Of a stretch of 64,000 nt of DNA, positions 9,657-18,581 are shown piece after piece; the stretch's first letter is position 1, and each line of letters starts with the position of its first letter. A program made the translations under genes and the position numbers. A model generated the notes under the pieces. The model saw only the letters and a program-made list of their open reading frames with translations, was not told the DNA's origin and made no database searches. This stretch comes from an uncultured Anaerovibrio sp. Its GTDB lineage: Bacteria; Bacillota; Negativicutes; Selenomonadales; Selenomonadaceae. The DNA lies in the NCBI RefSeq assembly GCF_947302755.1, contig NZ_CAMYWM010000001.1:625-64624 (forward strand), read 5' to 3'.

Positions 9657-10658
9657 ATGATTATTGTAACCGGTGGTGCCGGGTTTATTGGCAGCAATAT
9701 CGTAAAGGAGCTGAACCGTCAGGGGCGCAGTGATATCCTTATTGTGGATGATTTGAACAATCGTAAGGAGCAGAGTCAGTCCTACCGGAACCTGCGGGGG
9801 CTGCAGTTCATTGATTATATGCACAAGGATGATTTCCTCGCTGCTATCCAACGCAAGGAATTTGACGGTGTGGATGTGGACGTGGTATTCCATGAGGGAG
9901 CTTGCTCCGATACCATGGAGTACGATGTAAACTACATGATGAAGGCCAACTACGAGTATTCCAAGGCAGTGCTTCATTTCTGCATGGAGCATCGGATCCC
10001 CTTCCTTTATGCCTCCTCTGCCTCCACCTACGGAGCGGGGGAGCATGGCTTCCGGGAGGGAAATGAGTGCGAGGATGCCCTGAATCCTTACGCCTACTCC
10101 AAGCTGTTATTTGACCGCTATGTTCGTCAGGTGATTTCTGATACTCAGAGCCAGATTGTGGGTCTCAAATATTTCAACGTATATGGTCCTCAGGAGCACC
10201 ACAAGGGCAATATGGCCTCTATTTTCTATCAGCTGTATCATCAGGTGAAGAAGGATGGAGTATGCCGTCTTTTTGAAGGATGGGGCAAGTTCAGTGATGG
10301 TACTGACGTGCCAAATGGCGGTCAGAAGCGTGACTTTATTTACGTAAAGGACGTGGTAAAGGTAAATTTGTGGTTCTGGCAGCACAAGGGCCCCAGCGGA
10401 ATCTATAACTGCGGTACAGGCAAGGCCCATACCTACAATGAGGTGGCTGACAGCGTAATCAAGGCATTAGGCAAAGGTAAAATTGAGTACCGTGATTTCC
10501 CAGAGGTGTTAAAGGGCAAGTATCAAAACTATACTGAATCTGATACCACCAAGTTGCTGGAGGCCGGCTACGACCAGGGCTTCTATGATATGTACGATGC
10601 CGTAAAGGAATATTGTGACTTCCTGGATGAGGGCGGCTATTTTAAGTATGGCAAATAG
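9657..10658 (+). CDS. hldD: ADP-L-glycero-D-manno-heptose 6-epimerase
   Basis: Rossmann start MIIVTGGAGFIGSNIV, then YASSASTYG and the YAYSK catalytic Y-x3-K. The length is typical of HldD/RfaD. Confidence 0.9.
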   Translation: MIIVTGGAGFIGSNIVKELNRQGRSDILIVDDLNNRKEQSQSYRNLRGLQFIDYMHKDDFLAAIQRKEFDGVDVDVVFHEGACSDTMEYDVNYMMKANYEYSKAVLHFCMEHRIPFLYASSASTYGAGEHGFREGNECEDALNPYAYSKLLFDRYVRQVISDTQSQIVGLKYFNVYGPQEHHKGNMASIFYQLYHQVKKDGVCRLFEGWGKFSDGTDVPNGGQKRDFIYVKDVVKVNLWFWQHKGPSGIYNCGTGKAHTYNEVADSVIKALGKGKIEYRDFPEVLKGKYQNYTESDTTKLLEAGYDQGFYDMYDAVKEYCDFLDEGGYFKYGK

Positions 10659-10660
10659 GT

Positions 10661-11170
10661 ATGACCATGAATAGGGCGGTATTTTTTGATCGGGATGGCA
10701 CCTTAAACGAGGAGGTCCATTACCTGCACAAAATAGAAGACTTTAAATGGATAGATGGAGCCATTGACGCCATAAGGTATTGTAATGACAATGGTTATCT
10801 GGTCATTGTCATTACTAATCAGAGCGGCGTTGCCCGGGGGTATTATCCGGAAAGTGACATTATGAAGCTTTATGAGTGGATGAACGCCGATTTGGCCAAG
10901 CATGGAGCCCATCTTGACGGTATTTATTATTGTCCCCACCATCCTACTGGCAAGGTAAAGGAATACGCCATAGAATGCGATTGCCGCAAGCCAAAGGCCG
11001 GTATGCTGCTTCAGGCCCAGCGGGATCATGATATTGACCTGAAGGCGTCTTACCTTATTGGTGATGGGGCCAGGGATGTGGAATGTGCTGAGGCAGCCGG
11101 AGTAATAGGGATACGGTATAATGGGGGTAATCTTTATAAGGCCCTTATATATGGTATGAAAAATAAATAA
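10661..11170 (+). CDS. gmhB: D-glycero-D-manno-heptose 1,7-bisphosphate phosphatase (HAD family)
   Basis: Motifs FFDRDGTLN (DxDGT), ITNQSG, CDCRKPKAGM, GDGARD. Confidence 0.85.
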   Translation: MTMNRAVFFDRDGTLNEEVHYLHKIEDFKWIDGAIDAIRYCNDNGYLVIVITNQSGVARGYYPESDIMKLYEWMNADLAKHGAHLDGIYYCPHHPTGKVKEYAIECDCRKPKAGMLLQAQRDHDIDLKASYLIGDGARDVECAEAAGVIGIRYNGGNLYKALIYGMKNK

Positions 11171-11184
11171 AGGACGAGGATATA

Positions 11185-12261
11185 ATGAAGTTTGTGCAGA
11201 TTGCTCACGCGATTACAAAGGATGATGCGGCCAGTAGACAGCTTCTGAATATGGATTCCATGCTTAAGGAGCTGGGATACGATACGGCGATGTTTGCCCA
11301 CAAGGTGGACAGTCGCTTGACAGATCAGGTAAAATCCATGGAGGCTTTTTCGGCCACAGCGGAAGATATCATCATATATCATATGACTACCGGCACCTCC
11401 TTTAACAAGTGGGTGTATAATTATCCTCAAAAAATCGTGCTGTATTATCACAATATTACTCCTGCCAAATTTTTCTTCGGTAATGCCTGGGGATCCTGGT
11501 GGAAGTGTATAAAGGGCCGGCGGGAATTAAAAAAAATTGCTGCCAACAGCTTTTTTGCCTGGGGAGCTTCTGAGTATTCCCGTAAGGAGCTGGTTGATCT
11601 GGGAATGGAACGTACGGCTGTAATGTCCATTGTGGTGGAGCCGGGAAAATACACTCAGTATGAACCAGTAGCTTCTCTGCTGGATAAGTATCAGGATGAT
11701 GTGCCAACACTGCTGATGGTGGGACGTGGGGTGCCACACAAAAAGCTAGATGAAGCTATAGTGGCAGTCCATTGGTATAAGGAACATATCTCGCCAGTTA
11801 TTCGGTTGGTACTGGCGGGAAATATCAAGAGCAGTTACGCCAAGAAGCTCCATCGAATGGTGGAGAGTCTTGGATTGGTTGAACAGGTGATTTTTACCGG
11901 CCAGATATCCAATGAGGAATTGTGTACCTGGTATCGGATTACTGATGCAGTTCTGTCCCTTAGTGAGCATGAAGGATTCTGCGTGCCATTGGTGGAGGGG
12001 ATGATTTTCGACAAACCGGTATTTGCCTATGCCTGCTCTGCTGTGCCGGAGACACTGGGCGAGGCCGGTGTACTGTTAAAGGATAAATCGCCTGAAGCAA
12101 TAGCTACTATTATAAAAAATGTGTTAAATGACCAGGATAAACTGGCCCAACTGGCTGATGGAAGAAAAAAGCGGTTGGCGGCACTTTCCTATGACAGATT
12201 GATGGAAAAATTCCGTCAGGATATAAAAACTATAATTGAGCTGAAGAAACAGCTCAGCTAG
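11185..12261 (+). CDS. GT-B fold glycosyltransferase (GT4-like)
   Basis: C-terminal EHEGFCVPLVEGM (E-x7-E type) motif. Located in the LPS core cluster. Confidence 0.7.
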   Translation: MKFVQIAHAITKDDAASRQLLNMDSMLKELGYDTAMFAHKVDSRLTDQVKSMEAFSATAEDIIIYHMTTGTSFNKWVYNYPQKIVLYYHNITPAKFFFGNAWGSWWKCIKGRRELKKIAANSFFAWGASEYSRKELVDLGMERTAVMSIVVEPGKYTQYEPVASLLDKYQDDVPTLLMVGRGVPHKKLDEAIVAVHWYKEHISPVIRLVLAGNIKSSYAKKLHRMVESLGLVEQVIFTGQISNEELCTWYRITDAVLSLSEHEGFCVPLVEGMIFDKPVFAYACSAVPETLGEAGVLLKDKSPEAIATIIKNVLNDQDKLAQLADGRKKRLAALSYDRLMEKFRQDIKTIIELKKQLS

Positions 12262-12272
12262 GATGTGCAACA

Positions 12273-13049
12273 ATGGCCAAGCTTACGGTTTTGATTTTGG
12301 CAAAAAATGAAGAAAAAAATATCAGCGACTGCATAAAAAGTGTCTTGTTCGCTGATGAAATACTGGTTATAGATGATTTTAGCACGGATACCACGGCAAG
12401 GATTGCTGAAGAACTGGGGGCCAGGGTTATCCAGCATTCTATGGATGGCAATTGGGGTCAGCAAAAAACCTTTGGCATTGAGCAGGCCAGCCACCCATGG
12501 ATTTACCTGTTGGATGCGGATGAACGGGTTACTGAGCCATTGAAGGAGGAAATCCTCAAGGCCATAAATAGTGAGGAAAAGTTTGTTTATTATAATGCCC
12601 GGTTAAATCATTTCTGCGGTAAAGTAGTAAGATACAGTGGCTGGTTTCCGGATTACGGTATTCATCTTATTCCCAAGGATGGCTCCTATGTAACGGGGTA
12701 TGTTCATGAGGAAATACACTATAATTATCCGGTGAAAAAAATGCCTAAGTCGGCATATTTGCTGCATTATACCTATGTGTCCTGGGAACAGTATCTGCGG
12801 AAGCTGAATAACTATACCACTTTGGGGGCCAGAAAAAAGTTTGATGCGGGCAAGCGGGCCGGTATTTTGGATATTATATTTCACCCGTTGTTTGGTATGT
12901 TTAAAATCTTTTTTGTCCAGCGAGCCTTTCTGGATGGACTGACTGGTTGCTTCCTGACGGTAGGGCATGGGATAAGCGTGTTTATGAAATATTCCAAGCT
13001 GTACTATCTGGGGAAGGGGATTGGTACCGCTGACAAGGAAAAGAGCTGA
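12273..13049 (+). CDS. GT2 glycosyltransferase, WaaE/KdtX-like LPS core enzyme
   Basis: Motifs VLILAKNEEKNISDCIKSV, DEILVIDDFSTDTT, LLDADERV. The size (258 aa) matches KdtX-type proteins. Confidence 0.7.
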   Translation: MAKLTVLILAKNEEKNISDCIKSVLFADEILVIDDFSTDTTARIAEELGARVIQHSMDGNWGQQKTFGIEQASHPWIYLLDADERVTEPLKEEILKAINSEEKFVYYNARLNHFCGKVVRYSGWFPDYGIHLIPKDGSYVTGYVHEEIHYNYPVKKMPKSAYLLHYTYVSWEQYLRKLNNYTTLGARKKFDAGKRAGILDIIFHPLFGMFKIFFVQRAFLDGLTGCFLTVGHGISVFMKYSKLYYLGKGIGTADKEKS

Positions 13050-13055
13050 TAATTA

Positions 13056-13973
13056 GTGAGTGACAATAAATTGCAAAGCTATACTGCTTTAGGAAAGCAG
13101 ATTTACGATATAAGAAAGACCAGAGAGGCCAGACGGTATTATGTATTTGTGCTGCGGTCAGTTTTTTTGCGGGGGAAATTGGACAAGCTACAGCGGCATT
13201 TTACCAGTACACCGTTGCTGACTGAGGTACAGAAGCTGTACCCCTTTGTTTATGAACAGCCTACCCGGGCTTTTTTTTATAACAAGTCCACCTTTGAGGA
13301 GCGGGCTGAGATTGTAACAAAGCATATGGATTATTTAGCTGAAACGCTAAAACCAGAGGTGTTGTTGGACATTTATCGGGAAAAGGATATCCCGCTTTGG
13401 GAAGGCGGCGATGTAGATGGCAAACGATTTTGGGCATCGCTTTTCTATGAGCCGGGACAGCGGAAGGAAGGCATTTTATCTGTGATGTTGCGCCTGGATG
13501 AGGAACCGCTGTACCAGATGATTTTTTGGATTGCTCCGGATAAGGCCGGGAACTGGTCCATGTGGATTGGGGCTATGCAAGGTCCGAATATGGACGATGC
13601 CAAGGAGGTTATCAAAAAAATAACCAAGCGGTGTCATAGCTATCGCACGAAAAATCTTATTCTTTATATTGCCCAGGCGGTGGCCCGGGGCTTGGGGTTA
13701 AAGCGAATTTATGCTGTAACTAATTATGGTTATTATGCCAATAACCATGTAAGGATGGATCGGAAGCTGAAGACATCCTTTAGCGATTTTTGGGCAGAAG
13801 CCGGAGGACATCCCACCGAGGATAAGCGCTTTGATATCCTGCCGTTAGTGGAAACCCGGAAAACCATGGAGGAAGTACCTACCAGAAAACGGGCAGTATA
13901 CCGCCGGCGGTTTGAATTGTTAGATGAGATAGATGAAAGTGTAAATAGTGCCTTGGGGGCATTGTTGAAATAA
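13056..13973 (+). CDS. VirK/YbjX (DUF535) family protein
   Basis: Blocks WIGAMQGPN, ITKRCH..RTKNLILY, IYAV and SFSDFWAEAGG match my recollection of YbjX (IGGLQGP, ATK, IYAV, SY-EFWE-LGG). GTG start. Confidence 0.6.
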   Translation: MSDNKLQSYTALGKQIYDIRKTREARRYYVFVLRSVFLRGKLDKLQRHFTSTPLLTEVQKLYPFVYEQPTRAFFYNKSTFEERAEIVTKHMDYLAETLKPEVLLDIYREKDIPLWEGGDVDGKRFWASLFYEPGQRKEGILSVMLRLDEEPLYQMIFWIAPDKAGNWSMWIGAMQGPNMDDAKEVIKKITKRCHSYRTKNLILYIAQAVARGLGLKRIYAVTNYGYYANNHVRMDRKLKTSFSDFWAEAGGHPTEDKRFDILPLVETRKTMEEVPTRKRAVYRRRFELLDEIDESVNSALGALLK

Positions 13974-14007
13974 TAAAAGGATATTATTGGAAATAAAGGA
14001 GATTTAA

Positions 14008-15207
14008 ATGAAACTTCTTTTTGTGTGTACAACGGAATTGCAGCTTTTGACGGCTTTGAATTTAAAATATAACATCTATAAGGATGATATTGCAGATATA
14101 ATTGTAGATAATTATCATGGAGAAGAGGCTGCATTGGCAGACCGTATTAAACAAACCAATATATTCAGGAATGTTTGTTTTGTAAAATCCAATATAGAAG
14201 AAAAGACTATACACGCATATTTACGCGGTATTAGCGATGGCAAAACAAATATAACCTCCGGAGATGCTTTAGTGAATAGCTTCTTTTTTGTCTGGAGTCG
14301 TATAAAAACTGTTTTCAGTAAAGACAAGGGATGGCTAAGTGTTTTAGTTAATGATTTCTCCAAGCTGACTATGTCAGAGTATGATGCATTTTTTGGCTAC
14401 GGTGGGAAAAAAATCACAAAACATGTGCGTTTATTTTTAGATGAGATTAATCCATCCTGTAAGATTGTTCAGCTTGATGAGGGCGTAGGGGCTTATTGCG
14501 CCGGAAATGTTGGGGAAAATACTAAAATTGATTCTTGCGAGGTTTATGAGCCTGATTTGTTGCAGTTTACGGCTGTGACTAAAAAAGTTCCAGCAATAGA
14601 CAAAGAAGATATCACTTTTGTAAACATTGTCAATCAGATTTTTGAGTATGATGATACAAAAAATGTAGATTTTAGTGGGAATATTGTTTTTTTTGATCAG
14701 GGTGTTTCTAGTCCAATGCCAAAGTATTTAAGAAATGCCTCCTTCCTTACAAAATTGATATTTCATAATTCATATCGAAGGCACAAAGTTGAAGAAGATG
14801 TTTATGAAAGATGGAAGCAGATTACATTGGAAATATTAAAATCTGTAGGAGAAAAAAATATTTGGGTTAAAATGCATCCAAGAGCTTCTTCAGAGGCGTT
14901 ATCATTTTTTGCGGCTATGCCTAATGTTAATATAATGCCACAGTATAGAGTTCCGTGGGAAATTATGGCTCTAAATTCTAAAGTTGAGGATAGTGTTTTG
15001 ATGTCTTTTTTTTCCAGTTCGACCTGTCTGCATAATTCTGTTGTAAAATCGGCTGGCAAAAATATGATTATATTGCTATATGACATGGTTGATTTACCAA
15101 TAGAGCAAGTCGTGGTTGATTATTGTAAAGCACTAAGTAAACGCTTCAATAACAAAATTTTTATCCCAAAAGATAGGGAGGAATTCTTATCATTCTGGAA
15201 AAAATAA
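14008..15207 (+). CDS. Putative nonulosonic-acid (sialyl-type) transferase, paralog 1
   Basis: D-E-G at 14476-14484 (VQLDEGVGAY) and H-P at 14875-14880 (VKMHPR) match the two motifs shared by bacterial sialyltransferases. It aligns by eye with 28539-29786 (LFVC-T-L-L--AL, NSY--H). It lies next to NulO biosynthesis genes. Confidence 0.5.
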   Translation: MKLLFVCTTELQLLTALNLKYNIYKDDIADIIVDNYHGEEAALADRIKQTNIFRNVCFVKSNIEEKTIHAYLRGISDGKTNITSGDALVNSFFFVWSRIKTVFSKDKGWLSVLVNDFSKLTMSEYDAFFGYGGKKITKHVRLFLDEINPSCKIVQLDEGVGAYCAGNVGENTKIDSCEVYEPDLLQFTAVTKKVPAIDKEDITFVNIVNQIFEYDDTKNVDFSGNIVFFDQGVSSPMPKYLRNASFLTKLIFHNSYRRHKVEEDVYERWKQITLEILKSVGEKNIWVKMHPRASSEALSFFAAMPNVNIMPQYRVPWEIMALNSKVEDSVLMSFFSSSTCLHNSVVKSAGKNMIILLYDMVDLPIEQVVVDYCKALSKRFNNKIFIPKDREEFLSFWKK

Positions 15208-15344
15208 TGTACTCCACATAATAAATGTCCTCTAAATTTGTGATGTTGCAGATTATGGCAGAGGATTTTCAAGTAAGTACCTTTGGGTGTTATAATTTAA
15301 CTATGATACTTTGAACTAAAGTTGTTTAGTATTGGAGGAACACA

Positions 15345-16304
15345 ATGTATAATGTTGTAATAATCGGTGTAGGTGCTCTTGGAAGAAGACATCTTTCGTC
15401 TATATTAAATTCTACATTAGATCTTGATGTGTGTTGTTATGATATTAATGGGCATGCTTTGGAAGGTTTTGAGTGGGAGAATACATACAATAATAAAAAA
15501 CTAACTATGGTCAAAGCCTTCAAAGATTTGCCACAAACAATAGATTTCGCTTTATTTGCTATGACTGCCAATGGTCGGAGGGAAATGTTTGACCAGCTTA
15601 TTGAACACTGTACTGTTAAGAATATTTTATTCGAAAAAGTGTTATTCCAGAAGGTTGAAGATTATGAGCATGTTGCCAGTAAGCTAAATGAACTCCGTAT
15701 AAAGGCCTGGGTGAATTGTGCCAGACGACAGATGAATTGCTATCAGGATTTAAAGAAAGAGTTGGAATCTGCCAAGGAAATGCGAGTTAACATATCAGGC
15801 GGTGAGTGGGGATTGGGCTGCAATGCTATCCACGAAATCGATTTGATTGAGTTTTTATCCGGCAGTAGTGCGACAAAGATTGATAAGTTGAGTCTTCTGC
15901 CACAGATAGCTGATAGCAAACGTAAGGGATTCAAAGAAGTTTATGGTACCATATCAGGGCATAGCGGGAAATGTTCATATTTTTCCATTACCTGCATGAA
16001 AGAGACTCATGTTCCGAGTGTAATGACAATTTCCACTGATATTGGGCAGTACATAGTATTTGAAGAAAACCAAAAGCTGGTGTGCATGACAAAGAGTGGC
16101 GAGTACGATCTTATAGAAAGAGATTTTGTTATGCCATATCAGAGTCAGATGACGCAGTTTGTAATGGAAGATATTTTATTGACCGGAGAATCACGTTTGG
16201 CCAAGTACGATGTATCAAGTAGACTTCATTTGGAGTTTATTGAGCCGCTTATTAAATTCTTTAACAAAAATGGATGGGAGAGTAATTCATGTCCAATAAC
16301 TTAA
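15345..16304 (+). CDS. Gfo/Idh/MocA-like NAD(P) oxidoreductase
   Basis: RBS GGAGG upstream. N-terminal Rossmann VVIIGVGALGRRH and ILFEKV (EK-type motif). Family assignment is moderate. Confidence 0.6.
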   Translation: MYNVVIIGVGALGRRHLSSILNSTLDLDVCCYDINGHALEGFEWENTYNNKKLTMVKAFKDLPQTIDFALFAMTANGRREMFDQLIEHCTVKNILFEKVLFQKVEDYEHVASKLNELRIKAWVNCARRQMNCYQDLKKELESAKEMRVNISGGEWGLGCNAIHEIDLIEFLSGSSATKIDKLSLLPQIADSKRKGFKEVYGTISGHSGKCSYFSITCMKETHVPSVMTISTDIGQYIVFEENQKLVCMTKSGEYDLIERDFVMPYQSQMTQFVMEDILLTGESRLAKYDVSSRLHLEFIEPLIKFFNKNGWESNSCPIT

Positions 16305-17248
16305 AACAAGTTCTGATTGTAGGCACAGGAGGAATAGCAGGAGAGTATTGCAAGGTACTTCATGCTATTGGTATAGAGCCCGACGTTGTGGGAAGAAATG
16401 AAGATAAGGCAAAGAAGTTTGGGGAAAAACATGCTGTCACAGCCTTTGGCGGTGGTATCGATAATTATTTGGCAAATACTGGAAAAAAATATGATTATGC
16501 CATTGTTGCCACTGATGTTTTGAATCTTTGTACCAATACTTGTTCTTTGCTTGAGCATGGCATAAAAAAAATTTTCACAGAAAAACCAGCTGGTATGAAT
16601 AAGGCAGAGATTACCAAGATATGTCAGAATGCAGAAAAATATAATGCCAAGGTATATGTGGCATATAACAGAAGATTTTATGCTTCAACTACTAAAGCTA
16701 TAGATATTATACAGGAGGATGGTGGAGTACAATCATTCAATTTTGAATTTACCGAGTGGAGTCATGAAATTGAGTCATTGCCTACCCCGGCCGAAGTGAA
16801 AGAAGAATGGTTTTTGGCAAATTCTACGCATGTAGTGGATTTGGCTTTTTTCTTAGGAGGTGAGCCTGAAAAAATGGCCAGCTTTATTACTGGTGGCTTA
16901 TATTGGCACCCAAAAGGCTGTGTTTATTCCGGTGCCGGAATGACCAAGAATAAGGCACTTTTTAGTTATCAGGCTAACTGGGCAGCTCCGGGCCGTTGGG
17001 TAGTTGAAATATTAACTAGCAAACATAGATTGTATTTTAGCCCTATGGAGAAATTGTCCATTCAGGAATTGGGTTCTGTAGTTGTTAATCCTGTTGAGAT
17101 TGATGACAAGATAGACTTGGATTATAAACCAGGCTTTTATAAGGAGGTTGATTCCTTTATAAATGAAATTGATGATGGTAAAAAGAAGACAATTCAGGAT
17201 CAGCTCCGTTATATGGAATATTTTGACAAGATAGAAGGAAAAGCATAA
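16289..17248 (+). CDS. Gfo/Idh/MocA-like NAD(P) oxidoreductase
   Basis: Motifs VLIVGTGGIAGEY and IFTEKPAG (EKP motif). Overlaps the upstream gene by 16 nt. Confidence 0.65.
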   Translation: MSNNLKQVLIVGTGGIAGEYCKVLHAIGIEPDVVGRNEDKAKKFGEKHAVTAFGGGIDNYLANTGKKYDYAIVATDVLNLCTNTCSLLEHGIKKIFTEKPAGMNKAEITKICQNAEKYNAKVYVAYNRRFYASTTKAIDIIQEDGGVQSFNFEFTEWSHEIESLPTPAEVKEEWFLANSTHVVDLAFFLGGEPEKMASFITGGLYWHPKGCVYSGAGMTKNKALFSYQANWAAPGRWVVEILTSKHRLYFSPMEKLSIQELGSVVVNPVEIDDKIDLDYKPGFYKEVDSFINEIDDGKKKTIQDQLRYMEYFDKIEGKA

Positions 17249-17283
17249 TATCTATCAAGATTATTGTATTAGGATGATATAAC

Positions 17284-18492
17284 ATGTTTAATTTAGATGC
17301 ATTTATTAATAAATACGTTATCAAGCGGGAGCAAAGCATGTTCCTTGGGGATATCGAGGTAAATAAAGTGCAGTTAAGTAAAAAAATAGCTGGAAAAACG
17401 GTTTTGGTTATTGGTGGAGCTGGTTCTATTGGTTCATCATTTATTAAGGCTATTTTGCCGTTTAAGCCTGCGACTCTTGTTGTGGTGGATATAAACGAAA
17501 ACGGCCTAGCTGAGCTGACACGTGATTTGCGTTCCACTAAAGGTATGTATGTGCCAAAAGACTATGTTCCCTATCCAATGAACTTTGCTTCTACTGTGTT
17601 TGAAAAAATGTTCAGAATTCGAGGGGGCTTTGATATTGTGGCAAACTTTTCCGCTCATAAGCATGTTCGCTCGGAAAAAGATATTTATTCCGTTGAGGCC
17701 CTCTTGCAAAATAATGTTTTGCAGGCCAAGAAACTCTTAGATTTACTGGCGGAGCTACCTCCAGAGGAATTTTTTTGCGTGTCGACAGATAAGGCAGCTA
17801 ATCCGGCAAATATCATGGGAGCCAGCAAACGTATCATGGAGGATGTTATTTTCGCATACTCCGATAAGTTCCCGGTAAAGACGGCCCGTTTTGCCAATGT
17901 GGCCTTTTCCAATGGGTCTCTTCCAGCTGGCTTCATTGCCAGATTGCAGAAGCTACAGCCAATAAGTGCACCATCTGATGTAAAGCGGTATTTTGTATCG
18001 CCGGAGGAAAGCGGACAGATTTGTATGCTGTCCTGCATGTTGGGCAACAATCGGGAAATTTTCTTCCCACGTCTTGAAGAGGCCCAAATGATGACCTTTG
18101 ATAAGATTGCAACAACCCTTTTGGAAGAACATGGCTATGAAGTGCTGGAATGCGATAGTGATGAAGAGGCTATCGAAAAAGCGGCCGAATTGAGAAAAGG
18201 CAGCAAGCAATATCCAGTTCATTATTCTGGTTCCAATACCTCCGGTGAAAAGGCATATGAGGAATTTTATACCGAAAGCGAGACTGTAGACTTAGCACGG
18301 CTGAAATCATTGGGTGTGGTTACTGGTAAAGAAATACCTGATAAAGCAAAGGTGAAGGCTTTGTTTGACAAGCTGACCGCTGTGTTTGATAAAGAAAGTA
18401 CCACTAAAGAAGAAGTGGTAAAGATTATAGCGGAGTATTTACCGAATTTTGAGCATATTGAGACGGGGAAGTCACTGGATAGTAAGATGTAG
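17284..18492 (+). CDS. NDP-HexNAc 4,6-dehydratase, soluble CapD/PglF-type
   Basis: Motifs VLVIGGAGSIGSSF and STDKAANPANIMGASKRIME (Polysacc_synt_2 signature). Confidence 0.75.
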   Translation: MFNLDAFINKYVIKREQSMFLGDIEVNKVQLSKKIAGKTVLVIGGAGSIGSSFIKAILPFKPATLVVVDINENGLAELTRDLRSTKGMYVPKDYVPYPMNFASTVFEKMFRIRGGFDIVANFSAHKHVRSEKDIYSVEALLQNNVLQAKKLLDLLAELPPEEFFCVSTDKAANPANIMGASKRIMEDVIFAYSDKFPVKTARFANVAFSNGSLPAGFIARLQKLQPISAPSDVKRYFVSPEESGQICMLSCMLGNNREIFFPRLEEAQMMTFDKIATTLLEEHGYEVLECDSDEEAIEKAAELRKGSKQYPVHYSGSNTSGEKAYEEFYTESETVDLARLKSLGVVTGKEIPDKAKVKALFDKLTAVFDKESTTKEEVVKIIAEYLPNFEHIETGKSLDSKM

Positions 18493-18565
18493 ACCTCATC
18501 CGCCCTTCGGGGGATTAACCTCATCCGTCAGCATAGCGGCTGCCACCTTCCCCAGAGGGGAAGGC
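18493..18565 (-). repeat. REP-like hairpin repeat, family B, copy 1 (inverted relative to the copies at 44996 and 45083)
   Basis: Its reverse complement matches the shared modules GCCTTCCCCTCTGGGGAAGGTGGCA, a variable hairpin, GACGGATGAGGT, and a small hairpin. Confidence 0.8.
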
Positions 18566-18581
18566 AAAAAACGAAGGAGAT

